This document shows positions 26,351 to 39,571 of a DNA stretch of 64,000 bases, piece by piece. Each line of letters starts with the position of its first letter. Position 1 is the first letter of the stretch. Source of the stretch: Leucoraja ocellata (Eukaryota); assembly GCA_036785375.1 (NCBI GenBank), contig JAWMAR010000023.1, forward strand, positions 5,146,001 through 5,210,000. Reading direction: 5' to 3'. A program made the translations under genes and the position numbers. The notes beneath the pieces are model-generated. The model was not told the origin of the DNA, did no database searches, and saw only the letters and a list, made by a program, of their open reading frames with translations.

Positions 26351-26894
26351 CATGTTATCTTCATAGAAGTTAAGGTATTCATGGCTAAAGGAATTGTTAC
26401 AAATAAAAACCCGTAAAACATGCACTTTGCTTAATGAGCGAATGGCATTTAAAGGCAGCAAGGCTGAAGGGGTCAAGATTTGGTTTTGTGGAGATCTTAG
26501 GGTCCACCTGAGCTCCACAGAGCAGAGCTGTACTGTCTGTGAACAAGAAAACTGCTGCACATTTCACTATACTTACAACAAATTGATTTTCAGATGAGAC
26601 ATTAAACATATGAATATGCTTTCTCAGCTGGTGTAAAATATCCCTTGGCAATATTGGATTATGAACACAGTTTACACTGTTGCAATCACCAACTGATAAA
26701 TCACCAATATCAGTGAAAACAAATGATTAAATCATTGTCACATTTCATTCTCAAACTGTTGTGTGGACAAATTGCATGCCCCCTTTGCACTGCGGATACT
26801 TTCATTGGACGTGGGAAGGTCTGTACTTGTGAGGACACAGTGAAAATGCAAGTTTATTTCTTCCCCGATACTTACTATTTCACTTCCTTCTCTT

Positions 26895-28026
26895 GGTTGT
26901 GAGAGGGACACGACTGGCAGCTCAAAGTGCCTGGTTTTCAATATTTCAACCAGATAGAGAGGGGTTAAAAGAGGCGTAGTTGCTTTGCTAATCAGAGAGA
27001 ATGTTACAGTGGTACCCAGGGAGGACATACTGGAGGGTACGTCTACCGAGGCATTTATGGGTAGAGCTCAAAAATAAGAAAGGAGCAATTACTCTAATGG
27101 GATTAGGCCCCCTAATAGCCAAAGGAAGATAGAGGGTCAGATATGTTGGCTGATTACAGAATGATGTCAGAACTACAGGGTTAATGTAGCAGGTGACTTT
27201 AACTTCCCCAATATTGACTGGGACTCACTTAGGACAAGGGGATTAGACAGGACAAAATTTGTTGGGTGCATCCGAGAATGTTTCCTTGTTGATTACAACT
27301 CTAAGTGTTAAGATTGCTTTGAGTAGGGGCAAGCCCAGATGTTGGGAAGGTACTTAATTAGGGCAAAGCAGATTGCAATGTCATTAGGCAGGAGCTAAGG
27401 AAAGTACATTGCGATCATTTATTATTGGGAAAGTCCACAGACGACACGTGGGAGTCATCTAAAGGCCAGACGATCAAAGTGCAGGATCAGCACGTTTCAA
27501 TAAGGAAGCACGATTCAGTAAGGTGGATGACCAAAGAGGTTGTAAACTCCGTCAGGAAGTGTTTTAAGAAAGTGGCATCAGAGAGGGTTAAGAGCAAGTA
27601 GGAAAGAACTCAAGCGGTCGATTAGAAGGGCTAGAAGGGGCCATGAAATGTCATCATTGAAGCAGGTTAAAGAATATCCCAAAGCTTTTTATATCTACAT
27701 TAAAAAAACAAGGGGGTGACCAGGGAGAAGGTAGGACCACCAGATAAAGGAGAGAATCTATGCTTGGAGTAGGAGGATGTAGGTACGGTACTAAATGAGT
27801 ACTTTGCATCTGTGTTCACCGAGGAGGAGAGTGAGATCAGTGTGGAGAATACAATTATGCAAAGACAGTTTGAGATCAAGAAAGGAGGTGGTGCTGAGGC
27901 TCTTGAAGAATGATATGGTGGATGTCCCCTTGGCCTGATGGGATCTATCCTAGGTTATTGAGGGAGGCAAGAGAGGAGATTGTAGGGGCTATGACAAGGC
28001 CCTTTGTTTTTTCTCTAGTCACAGGT
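26895..28026 (+). mobile_element. CR1 LINE ORF2 fragment (AP endonuclease and linker), decayed
   Basis: WVEL.NKKG, GDFNFPNIDW, NPKAFY.YIK-like, LNEYFASVFT, SP.PDGIYPRLLREAREEI motifs with frameshifts. Confidence 0.9.
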
Positions 28027-28770
28027 TTGGTCCACAAACAACCTACTCCAATCAGCTTCAGCAAGTTCCTGTCTAATACCATCTGTGTTGGCCATGCCCC
28101 GATTCAGAATGTTTTACCTGGGCCTGCCCTGCTTTTATCCATAACTATTTTAAAGCTAATAGAACAGTGGTCGCTGGTCCCGAAGGGCTCACCCATGGAC
28201 ACTTCGGTTACTTGCCCTTCCCAATTTCCTAAGAGTAGATCAAGCTTTGCCCCTTTTACATATTGTCTGAGGAAACTTTTTTGAACACATTTGACAAATT
28301 CTAAGCCCTCGGCACTCTGACAGCCCCAGTCTATATTGGGAAAGTTAAAGTCCCCTACTGTGACAACCTTATTAATCTTGCAGCTGCCTGCAATCTCCCG
28401 GCATATTCGCGCTTCTAATTCCCATTGACTCTGTGGGGGCCTGTAGAACACTCCCAGCAAGGTGATCATCCCCTTTTAAAATTCCCAGCTCTACCCATAT
28501 GGCCTCACTGGACGAATCATCAGTAATGTAATCTTGGACTTCTGCCATGACATTCTCCTTAATCAATGAAACAACACCCCCCCCCCCCTTCTTTTTAGCC
28601 AGGTTTCTGTGAAGCTACAATGTCCAAGACCTATCCACGCCCTGAGGTCGGCCACCTTACCTGTCACGCCTCTTGCATTAAAATAAATGCATTTTAATCT
28701 TCGGTTCATGTCGTACTCCTGTCTACCTGTTCATTCATCACCTTCCATACAGACCTACAGCCTCTCACCT
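28027..28770 (-). mobile_element. CR1 LINE endonuclease fragment, opposite orientation
   Basis: ORF 28104-28469: GVFYRPP, GDFNFPNIDW, LDLLLGN, SDHCSISF. Confidence 0.9.
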
Positions 28771-28929
28771 GCCTCAGTCATGTATTAGATCTCAACCCCC
28801 TGCCAATCATGACATTCAGTGAATCATCATTCAGGCAGTCTCCACCCCAAGCCCCAAAAGACTCCACAACTGAAATATTACTGCTTGATGTCAGTATTTC
28901 AGTGGGCACACACAAAACTGCAAAAAAAG

Positions 28930-29085
28930 CCCACAAAGTGTTGGAGTAACTCAGTGGGTCAGGCAGCATCTCTGGAGAACATGGATAGGCAGCGTCTGTA
29001 GGATTCCAACCCGAAATGTCACCTATCCATGTTGTCCGGAAATGCTGCCTGCCCTGTGCAGTTGCTCCAGCACCTTGTGTTTTTG
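28930..29085. mobile_element. Inverted-dimer PLE/hammerhead mini-element
   Basis: ggagtaactcagtgggtcaggcagcatctctggagaacatggatagg ... aacccgaaatgtcacctatccatgttgtcc. Confidence 0.8.
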
Positions 29086-29529
29086 TCTCTTGCAGTGTGG
29101 ACTTGCTGATCAAGGCACTGTCCAGGGTGCTGATCTTGGCTCTGACGTGTTTGCTCCATCTTTCTATTGCTCTGCCACCTTGTGGTAGAGATCAGGTACT
29201 TCATTGATAGGACATCTTAAGCCGACAAGTTCCTTTCTCCTTCATTCCGGTTCAAACTGTTGATTCTTAATTTTGCAGCTCAGAATTAAAATGCTTAACA
29301 ACAATCTTTCATAATATTTCTTTAATATAAATGTAAATGCAAACATTATCCACTCTCCAAATATATGTTGCCACCTCTGTTTTAAGTATTTACATACAAC
29401 CTTTACTAATGTTTTACAGCATCAGTTTCTAAAATAACCTGTGGACTGTTGCATATAGCTTTCCCCCTGCACAGCATGGTAACAGGCCATTCAGCGCAAT
29501 TGATTTGTGCTGGTACGTCCAGGTCCTTA

Positions 29530-29585
29530 TGCCCCTGTCCCACTTAGGAAACCTTAGGAGACTTTGTGCCCCCCCCAAGTTTTCG
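29530..29585 (+). mobile_element. Single-arm fragment of the 50191-50395 MITE family
   Basis: tgcccctgtcccacttaggaaacc...ggagactttg matches the left arm at 50191. Confidence 0.75.
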
Positions 29586-30201
29586 ACTGCACAGAATTTG
29601 GCTTTATTCCAAATCCACTTTTTTTTTGTCTAATCCCCTTTGTGTTCCCCATCTTCCTTCAAAATTGTTTAAGAGATTTGCGTCCACCAACTTTCCAACT
29701 GGCTGTTCCTACAGTCATCTCATTTACAGAAAGCATCTTCTGCATTCCCTTTTTAGGCTTTATGACAATCATTTTAAATTATTGACCTCTGGTCATTGCT
29801 TAAAAGAATAGCTTTTCCAGTTGTTCCATCAAACTTTTCCTCGCTTTGAAAATCATCCTTATGCCATTCTTTAACCATCTCTATTCCAACTCATGGCTTT
29901 CGCTTCTCCCCAATGAGTATTGAGAAACGACTGCTAAATAGAATATCTTGCATTTCATGTTCTATTACAGAAGCTATTATGGCTGTATACGTTCTGTGGC
30001 TAAAACAAAGAGCAATCAAGGCTGGGTCTGGGCCTCTATGATAACGTGGATCTCTGAAAATGAGGTGTCGTAAAAGTATTCTTTTACTAACCTCCAGATA
30101 TATTTGCTACCTAAGAATCTGACTATGTTGAATGACAAAACAGGTTGAAAGGCAAGGGAGAAGAAGGCCAGGCTCCAACTGAGAACTTTAGCTCAGAGCT
30201 C

Positions 30202-31295
30202 AGGTGCCAGACTGGAGGACAGCAAATGGAGGTATTTTTATTCAAGAAGAGCTGCGTAGATGAGCCAAGTAATTATCAGCCTGTGAATCTAATGTCAGTA
30301 CTGAGGAAATATTGGAAGAAAATGCTGGGAGATAAATTAATTATACATGGGGTGGCACAGAGGCAAAGCGAGTGGAGCTGCTGCTTCTCAGTGCCAGAGA
30401 CCCAGGTTGATCTCGGTGCTGTCTGTGTAGAGTTTGCACATTCTGTCTGTGACCTCGTGCATTTCCTCTGGATGCTTCAGTTTCCTCCCACAAAGAAGTG
30501 CGGGTTTGTAGATTTATTGGCCTCTATAAAATTGCCCCTAGTATATAGAGAGTGGATAGAGCAAAGGTGAGAAAACATAGAATTAGTGTGAACCAGTGAT
30601 CGATGGTCGGCGTGGATTCAGTGGGCTGAGGGGCCTGTTTCTATGCTGTATATCTGAAACTAAAACCTGGAAAAGCAGGGAATTTTAAAAAGGGTAATGA
30701 GCATATATTTCTGAGGGCATTATCCTGTCTGACCAGTTTGGCAAATTTTTCAGAGTTAACAAGGTGTATCGAAGGAAGTAGTCTGCATGGATTTCAGTAA
30801 GGCCTTTGACAAGATCCTACACAGGAGACTAATCCAAAAAGCAAGTTAGCAAATCGTATCCAAATTTGGCTTGGTAATGGGAGATGGTAATGTTGTGGAG
30901 AGTTCTTGTTATGATTGAAAGGCCGTGGTCAATGGTGTGCCACAGGGATTTGTGATGGGGGCTTATTATACACATTCATAACCTGAATGTGAACTGAGGT
31001 GTGGTTGGTAATTTGCAGATGGCATGAAAATTAGTTGTGTTATCAATGGTGAGGAGGGTGATTTTAGGATTGATGGAGAATGATATTGTTGGTGAGATGG
31101 CCAGAGCAAGGGCAGATGGCATTGAATCCTGATAGATGTGCATGGTGAAGGCTGAGATCTTACATTTAAGAATGTGAGATTTTAAACGCCAGGCCATAGC
31201 AGACTATGGGCCAAGAAAATGGTATTCTACAATGGCTATTAGGTGGCTGGCAGGAACATGGAGGACTGAAGGCCCTGTTTCTGGGCTTATATTAC
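30202..31295 (+). mobile_element. CR1 LINE RT-region to 3' tail fragment, decayed, interrupted by a SINE
   Basis: VP.DWRTAN, NYQPVNLMSV, MDFSKAFDK.H..L, GVPQG, FADGMK-like motifs; tail gaaggccctgtttctg. Confidence 0.85.
30349..30666 (+). mobile_element. HE1-like V-SINE nested in CR1 ORF2
   Basis: Same head, core and tail as 370-688; CR1 sequence is continuous across it (ttatacat | ctggaaaagcaggg). Confidence 0.85.
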
Positions 31296-33214
31296 TTCAT
31301 GACTATAATATTTTGATGTTTTCCCTGCTAATTCATATTTCTCATCAATTATTTTGGCCATCTCTGGTGCTTCCTAACACTCTCCCAAATCTAAGACATA
31401 CCACTCTTCTTGCCAACATTAAGAATGTAATTAAGAATCTATTCCTTTTATGTGTTTCTTGACCTTCTCAATTGGTTCCAGATGGACCCAGCGGAATCTT
31501 TAATTCCCAATGGAATGTGTCGTAATTGAGACTTATGTAACATATCTTTCATTTATTTGCTTAACAAGTGGGAAATCTTTTAATCTCATTCTTCAATCTA
31601 CCTTCACCTATTTTTTTTTCTTCACTCCTTTATTTGAAAGTAAGAAACTAGTTCATGACTGAGCGGCATCTCTCTTGCACGTAATACAAAATGTTATCAT
31701 ATTGTGATCATTTTTCCCTCGATGATCCATTGTTGTGGCATAATTAATGAACTCTCATTACACAAGACAAAGTCTAAAATAGACATTTTGCTCCAAACAC
31801 TGTTATAATTGAACTCATCCTCCAAGCCATTTTTGCCAATTTGGTTGGTCCATTCTGTATGACTATATTTTATAGGTCATCTTGATTATCATATTCTCTT
31901 TGCTACAAATATCCTATCTCCGTATTAATTCCCTGTCCTATAGTTCCTACATTCCCTGCTGTTCAGGGGCCTGTAAATTCCCTTGTTACTTCATGTCTGA
32001 TTCTACTTTCTGTTCTTCTGGGCCAAGTTCATTCATGCTTTTTCTCCCTTGCCAATTTTTAAAGGACTGGAGGCGAGTCCACCCATTATTGGCCTTTAGT
32101 CATTGTAATCCAACACTAATTTCACTGTCTTGTTTCCTCCCGCAAACCTTTCTGACTGCAAAAAAAAAAAAGAAATAGATTGCAATTGATTATTATTAGG
32201 GAGTGCCGAACTAGTGCCCTATCTTTTTGATTTTATCTGCCTTTTCTAAAAGGTAAGTACCATGAAATATTAAGTTCCCAACCTTGGTCACCATTCAACC
32301 ACAACTCAGTTATGCTATTAGGGCAATCCTGTTTAGTTTCATTAATGCCGTTGGGCCATTTAATTTGTTCAGAGTGCAGAAGAGAGCAGGTCTGTGGAAT
32401 TAGTTTTGTTCACCAGATACTATGGACTGACTATCCTCCTGTGTTGACTCTACAGGGAGTGGACAAATCTCCATGAGTGGAGGTGATGGACAAATTGTGC
32501 TTTTCTTTCCACTGTCACGAACGGTTCGTTGAGGCAGTGTCTCCACTTACATGCCCTTGTTTAACGATCCTTGCTTACACACCGAATCCTGTTAGTTCTG
32601 CTGCTGCACTGGTTAATGGTTTTGTAATGAGTGATGGAAATTTAATTTTGAAACTGCTTAGTGAGTGTTTTTTTCATATTTGGTTTTCCAGTGTGCAATG
32701 ATTTCCTGAAACCTTATTAGAAAACATAATTTTATTTTATTTTATTGTCCTCTTCATCTTCTTGCAATCTTCTTGACTGTCTAACTCCTGCATGATGATC
32801 TAATTGAGAAATAGAGTGGGTGGGAGCTGGGTCGACTCATCCTAACGCACACGGCAGAGGTGGTCCCGTATTTACTGCATGAGGCAGATTGAGTTTGCCT
32901 GGAACTAGTTGTTTTGAAGAGTTAGGTCATATCATTTTATGGCATGGAGATTAATGGAATTCTGGGAAAGTTGCAAGTTGGAATCTAATTGAAGAATTCA
33001 ATGGGTTTGCAGATAGATTAATGGATATCTAGATGTGAATTATAAGTGTGGATCTAATCAACAGATTTGAGGGAATTGCATATAGAAAATAATACCTGAA
33101 AGTGTATTGCAAATGTAATTGAGTAGTTTGGATGGTTTCTTTTAGAGGTAATGGATATTCAGAAGTAAGTTGTGGGCTCGAAATACATGTAGAATTCATC
33201 CATCTTTTGAAATG

Positions 33215-33375
33215 AGCCGTGGCTCCATTGGTAACACTCTCATTTCATATTAAAGAGATTGTGATTTAAATCATACCACCAAGTCTTGACGTTAAAATCT
33301 GTGCTGATCGTCCAGAGTGGGACAGATGGAGGGGCCGGGGCTGCTTATCTTCAGGTGGAAAATATTTAAAACTGT
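33215..33375 (+). mobile_element. DeuSINE/SacSINE-like head relic
   Basis: gagccgtggctccattggtaacactctc...aaaatctgtgctga, degenerate tRNA-derived head. Confidence 0.5.
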
Positions 33376-33418
33376 GTTGTGCACCTTGACTTTCAAGACT
33401 GAATTAACAGTGAACATA

Positions 33419-33510
33419 AAAAAAGACGCAAAGCACTGGAATAACTCAGTGGGTCAGGCAGCATCTCTGGAGAACGTGGATAGGTGACCTTTCTGGTCAA
33501 GACCCTTCTT
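33419..33510 (-). mobile_element. PLE/hammerhead mini-element (monomer)
   Basis: Ends at the reverse complement of CTGAAGAAG; perfect 11-bp flanking repeat cagtgaacata at 33408-33418 and 33511-33521. Confidence 0.85.
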
Positions 33511-33722
33511 CAGTGAACATATATTGTTCATTTGAAGTGTCGGTCAAGACAAGTTGTACATAAGCCCTTTGAGGAGAAGAAGTGCAGAGCTTTGGAGAGA
33601 GGACGAGGCGTGAGATGAGGTGACGGGCTCTTGCATTGACCAAGACATGGACCTAAAGTGCTAACTAACTCCTTGCATTCCAGAACCTTTTGATAATGTT
33701 GACATTAATTATCACTTTAGAG

Positions 33723-34490
33723 CAGTGTTTCTACCTTTTCACCTTTACGGAACCCTTGAAATAATTTTCATGTCTCAGGGGAACCCCTACATAAAAAATT
33801 ATTATCTATCTTTATTAATCTCTTTCTTTCGCTTTCATAAAGTTCATAAGGCAAACATAACATCTTTTTTTCTGATAACTGGTTTAAGCAAAAATAATGC
33901 GTTTTTCTCAGGTTTATTGACAATGCACCAAAAATGACTGAAATCAAACTGCTTGTTCAAAACTGAAGCAAAGAAAGGCAAACGGAACGAACTTTGGAGG
34001 AGAGGGAGAGAGAAAGAGAGAAAACAACACACATAAACTTTTGATAAACTAACAAAAATGAACATAAACGTACATAATTTTTTTAAATTCATATAACATC
34101 CCTAAATGATGGATAAAAATGACTAAATAACGTGGGTGACTGAGGGACTGTACCTGCACGCCAGAAAACACAGACAGGACTGATGGACACCGTGCAGACG
34201 TCTGTACTCGAGTGAGTCACTTGGTGATACACAAATCTCCTCACATACAGCTTTGTCCATTGACCACTAAAGGCCGTTTCACGCTAAATATGATATCACT
34301 AAATATGCTAAATAGACGTCGCTAAATATGCCACACGTGTATAATTAAATTATGAATATGAAATTAAACACAAAATGACTCAAGAATGCATTTACATATG
34401 ATTAGTCTATTTATCGCTATTTCTCTCGGAACCCCTAGCGACCTCTCACGGAACCCTAGCGTTCCAGGGAACCCCGGTTGAGAAACGCTC
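33723..34490. mobile_element. Non-autonomous hAT (Charlie/Buster-like) DNA transposon
   Basis: Perfect 8-bp TSD ctttagag (33715-33722, 34491-34498); TIR cagtgtttct-acc / ggttgagaaacgctc; subterminal GGAACCC repeats; no transposase ORF. Confidence 0.92.
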
Positions 34491-34964
34491 CTTTAGAGGA
34501 TCGCCACTGTGATGTTCCCTCAAGCTGGTGTCCATTTGAACACTTTAATATTAGCCATCCTATTTCTATTTAGATTAACGTGTTGTGTAGAGATGAAAGA
34601 AAGGATATTTGTCTGAGAAAATGGATGACACAGTTCAATAAGAAAATCCAAATTATACAAGGGCCAAAGAGAAATAATCATTATAACCAAACATGCACAA
34701 GGCATTAAGGATGATCCAATGGCTATTAAACAATCAATATCATGAGGATGAAAGTCAAATTGGTTCTTTTAATGATAATTTGGATAGAATCAGGAAGCGT
34801 TTCAGCAAATTCATTGCAATTCTTTAACAAGCTAACTAATTAAACGTTGGGAGCCATCGCATAGATAGAGTTTACTCCAGTTTCTCCCTTCATGCCCTCA
34901 TGGTGCTCATCTTGTTCATAAGGTTGGCCGCATGTTTCTTGAAAGATCTTCTCAAAAAAAGCTA

Positions 34965-35100
34965 AGCAGACAAGGGTGGTGGGTATATGGAACGAGCTGC
35001 TAGAGGAAGTAGTTGAGGCAGGTACAATAACAACATTTAAAAGGCATTTGGACAGGTACATGGATAGGATACACTGGCCTGTTTCAGTGCTGTATGACTA
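34965..35100 (+). mobile_element. CR1 3' fragment with internal deletion
   Basis: gggtggtgggtatatggaacgagctgctagaggaagtagttgaggcagg...ggacaggtacatggatagg | ggcctgtttcagtgctgtatgac. Confidence 0.8.
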
Positions 35101-38084
35101 ATACCTTTTCCTGGACCTTCTGTTAGCAAAGACTACAAACTCATGACTCACTTTTTTCTTGCCAACCTTCCATCCCTCTCTAATATCACCCCACATAATC
35201 TACCACCCAATATTCCCCCCCAAATTCCTTGTTTTAATCCTTCAAATTATGTTTTTGCCCAGTCACAGAACTGATACAGCTCTAATTTAAACCACTAGTA
35301 AAATCCATGCGCTGAGACATATGTAACCCATCCCTCATCCCCTATCCTCATGTACATCTGCAGATATTAACACTGTTGGCCGTTCCATCTTGTCTGAAAC
35401 CTCTGCCATTGTCATCAATCTGGAGAAGCCACCCTCATCAGACTCTTTCTCATCCATCCATTACTGGCTAGAGAATCAGCTCCAATTATTTCTGTTCCCC
35501 GTGTCCCCCAGTAATTCAGGCTCAGCTCCCTCCTATGTCCCGTTAAAATGCTACCCATTGCTGCAGCATTGAGAAATAGTTAAATGTCCACATAGTACTA
35601 CAGCACAGTAGTGGGTTCTTTGCTACACCATGTCCATGCCAACCATCAATCACATCTATACTAATCACACTTTGCCTGCACATGGTTGCTGTCCTTCCAT
35701 GCACAGGCAATTCAACAATTCATCCAGATACTGTTTAAATGTTTGCGAGTACCTTCTCCTCCATCAGCTTCTCAGGTGGCAGTTTCCAGATTCCGAACAT
35801 CATCCATTGAAAACAATTTCCCCAGATGCTATCTAATTCTCCTATGCATGTGTCCTGACAACATCCCGCTCAATATAACAACCACTTATCTAGATAGTGC
35901 CATTGTCTCCATTGTTTTCGCAGCCAGATTGGATTTGGAGATGATGGTGGTGGCCATGTGAGGTGTTCCCACTTCTGCAGGAACAATCTGCTTGATGAAT
36001 GCAAGTGGAAAGCTCATGTTGGGACCAACATCCGGTCCGATGACCACCAGGACACTGGGGGTCACACACACCAGGCAGGAGTGGTCAGGTTCTCCAGGGA
36101 ATTTCCAGGGAGCAGTTTAGGAGTAAGGAGAGATAGAGTAGGGTTTTGGCTAGGCCACAGGTTTTGGATAGTGATGCTGCTGGGACAAAGGAGCAGAATG
36201 GAGCAGCCACAAAGATTGATGGTGGTTGGCAAGCGGTGATTTTACTCTGGGCAATAGCAAGTAACCGCAAGTGAGGATTGGATAGAGATGGGGGTGAGAA
36301 ATTTCTGGGAAGAGGGTGGGGGATTGAGGCAGTAAAAACAAAGCAAGGACTAAGAAAGAACTATGGTGAGCGGGAAGGTCGAGTGTTGAGAGGGAGAGGT
36401 CCTTTGGGAGACAATAACAAGGGGGAGGCTGAGAGAGAGGGGGACTGAGCGAGAAGGGAACTGAAGGAGGAGATGGATAGGTGACGTTTCCGTGTATTCA
36501 GAATCACTCTGCCTCACTGCCCCATTAAGACACTGCTTAAATCCTAACTCTTTGATGAAAGTTTCATGTGTGACTTTGTCAAATTCTGTTTGATAATGTT
36601 TCTTGTGCATTGCCATGAGATGGTTTTACATTCCAGTTGTTTCAAAGTGAATTTTGTCCGCTTCCACATAGTACAACCCAATAAATTAGTGCAGTTTGGC
36701 CATTTGGAAGCAATAAATTAAACAGTGAGTGTAATTAATTATGACGATATGATGTTTGAAACGGGGAACGAAATTCATCACACTTCAGAAAAAGTTCAGT
36801 GTTTAAGGAGCGTGCGTCAATGACTTTCACGGGTTTCCATCTGAGGCCCTTGTGCTGAATCTATTTATTAGTAAATGGGAGAAGCTGCCGTCCATAATAA
36901 TTTCCAAGGATACCTGGTTTTATGGGCTTCTGAGGGGGCATTAACGATGACTTGGAGCAGTTATGTGGCGTGGCTGAGGAATAGCAAGGATTGTACTTAA
37001 GATATATAAATTGCAAAGAGCAATATATAAAAGGAAGGCAAGGCAAAGGTGTGGGCTTAACGCGGTTGCAAAAATACAAAGTGCTGCATTTATTGGAAAC
37101 ATAGTTAATGTGAAACTGTCATCATAAAGTTAGAAAGAACATGCATTTATGTAGTAGATGTCAGGTCCTCGATTTCATTCAAATTACTCGGACAAGGAGT
37201 TCTTTTTAAGTGAGGTCATTGCTTTGTCTTGTCGGCCATTGCAGCGTCATTTTGCTTGAAGCAAATTTGCTCTAATGCTGTGTGTTAAATGACCAGAAAA
37301 GCTGTAATCAGTGGAGCTGATTAATTTCTGACCTTGATGTGACTCTTGTATCCATGATAGTAATACCCTCGTCACTTTTGGAGAATTCCAGCATCACAAG
37401 ATATGAATGCATCAAGGAGCATTGTGATACGAATGACGAAGACATACAGGGTTTAATGGAGAGACTCTTTGAACAGAACCTGCTGGCCCAGGAGAAATAA
37501 AGACTGAGAGAAAATGATCTAGATCTTTGAAATGATACGAGGACTAGCTCATCTTTTTAAACTATGTACATGGAACACCAAAGTAGAAAGTTAACATGCC
37601 TCAAGCCAGAGTGGGAATTAGTAAAATTACTTTTTCTGGAGAGTAATGGGTCTGAGTCCTAACTAAAGCAGTTTGTACTGTTTATTAACTACATGAAATT
37701 GCCATGACTAAATAGGTGCATAGCGGAAGAATGTAAATTTATACAGAGAAAATAATTAAATACCCTCAGAAAATTCAGGTCATTAAGGTGATGAGATCCC
37801 AACTTGAGGAACACAATGTGTCAAAGACAAATGTCTTTGTATGCAAGTTAAATTAGTTGGACTTGCCTGAGTACATGGGAGAAGCTATTCATAATCTTTA
37901 ATCTGAAACTGTGACTTGGCAATAGACCACAGGGCTCGTGAACAGTGTCAGCAATGGGCTTTTATATTTTCACACTTGTCTTTTGCTTCACTCATGGGTC
38001 ATTTTTGGACTGCTTCCTTTCCATTATTTTGCATCCATTATATTACACCACCTCTTGGTCTAAATCATGCTTCAATTATGGTCG

Positions 38085-38680
38085 TTTGGTATCGTACTTG
38101 CCTTTGAATTAAAGCATTGGAGGTTTAGTATCCAATCCTGAGATTTGAACACAAAATCTTGAATGACAATCGCAGTGCAGTAGTGAGGTTGCATTGGCAG
38201 ATGTAAAGTTAAATGGGGAACCTGTCCAGTTCTCCGGCAGGTACTTTAAATGTTATGGGAGATAGCAAAGACCAACATCACATCCCAAGAATTTGTCATT
38301 ATTGCATTGAATTTTGTGGTAGCTTGCTCGATGTAAGTTATAGAGTCAATCATTCTATAAACAGGCCATTCAGCCCATCATGTCTATGCCAACCATCAAG
38401 CAATTTTCTACACTTGGTCCATAGCCTACTCTGCCTTTGAGATTCAAATGCTTGCCCAGATTCATGTCCCATTTTGTCAGAGTCTCTGCCTCCATTGCAT
38501 GACCAGGCTGCGCAGTCCAGATTCCACCCAGTTTCTTGGTGAAATAACTTATTCGAAGATCTCCCCGAAGCCTCTTAGTCTAAGCCACATTTGTCGTGGG
38601 GAGCTGCAGTGTTTCCTCCTTTACAACAGTCATTTCGGCACTTGCTGAGTTTGTGAAAGGTGTAAAATGAAAAGATGTAG
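38085..38680 (+). mobile_element. DeuSINE relic interrupted by a minus-strand CR1 tail (about 38340-38580)
   Basis: Head ...gagatttgaacacaaaatcttgaatgacaatcgcagtgcagtagtgagg; CR1 tail tagagtc...aacaggccattcagccc; Deu-like sequence resumes at ttgtcgtggggagctgc. Confidence 0.5.
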
Positions 38681-39571
38681 GTTCATTCTCCCTGTCCAAT
38701 GGACTGTCATTTTATTCTTTCTTCATACTGAAAACCCTGAAAGCAAGCATATCATCTTACTCTTATGCATCATCTCACTCACCCTGGTCTTCCCTGCAAT
38801 CCCCAAAGCTTATTAATTATTTTCAGATTTTCAACTTGAGTTCTTATCAATGTGCTGTTTGGACTATCCAAATATCCAACAATATACTTTTTGGTTTTGT
38901 AGCCTGCTAACTGTTCCGGCACTTGTGCAACAGCATTCGATTTCAAGTTATAAATTGTAATCAACTCAGTCCAAAATGCTGGTTTATCTTATGAAACGAC
39001 TGTATGGTTAGGATGTCAGTCCCTTGTGATTGAGTTGAAAGGTCACGATATCTATTGTTGCAAATAAAAACGTATCACGTCAAATTTGATTCCTGGTTTC
39101 TGATGGATTGGCTGGTCTCAGCCAAAGCAATATCAACAATCATCTCGGCTTTGAAGACCCAATATTTCAGAAGTCAAATTCTCTGTTGCTATACAGTGAT
39201 AGCTGGAGGGAGGTAAAGACAAGGGGTAGATTTCAGTCTTCTATTCATTAAAATGACCAATCATCTAGAGAATTAAAAAAATACGAAACCTGCTTAGAGA
39301 AGATCCATGCCTTCCAACTCCTCTCCGCCCCCCCCCCCCCACCCTCCTTAGATCTTCAAATTCTAGAGTATCTTACAAGGGAAAACAGTCTCTAATATAA
39401 GCCAAAAATCTGCTGAGAAGCAAAAGACCATAGATATCACAAATCTGAAACAAACACCGGGCAAAACGAACACAGAACTATCGTGCTTCCTTCCCATCCA
39501 CAAGTACCCAGAGTGATCTAATTCCACAGTGACAGCCAACTGTCAGCATGACTACCTGACCTGCTGAGTTT

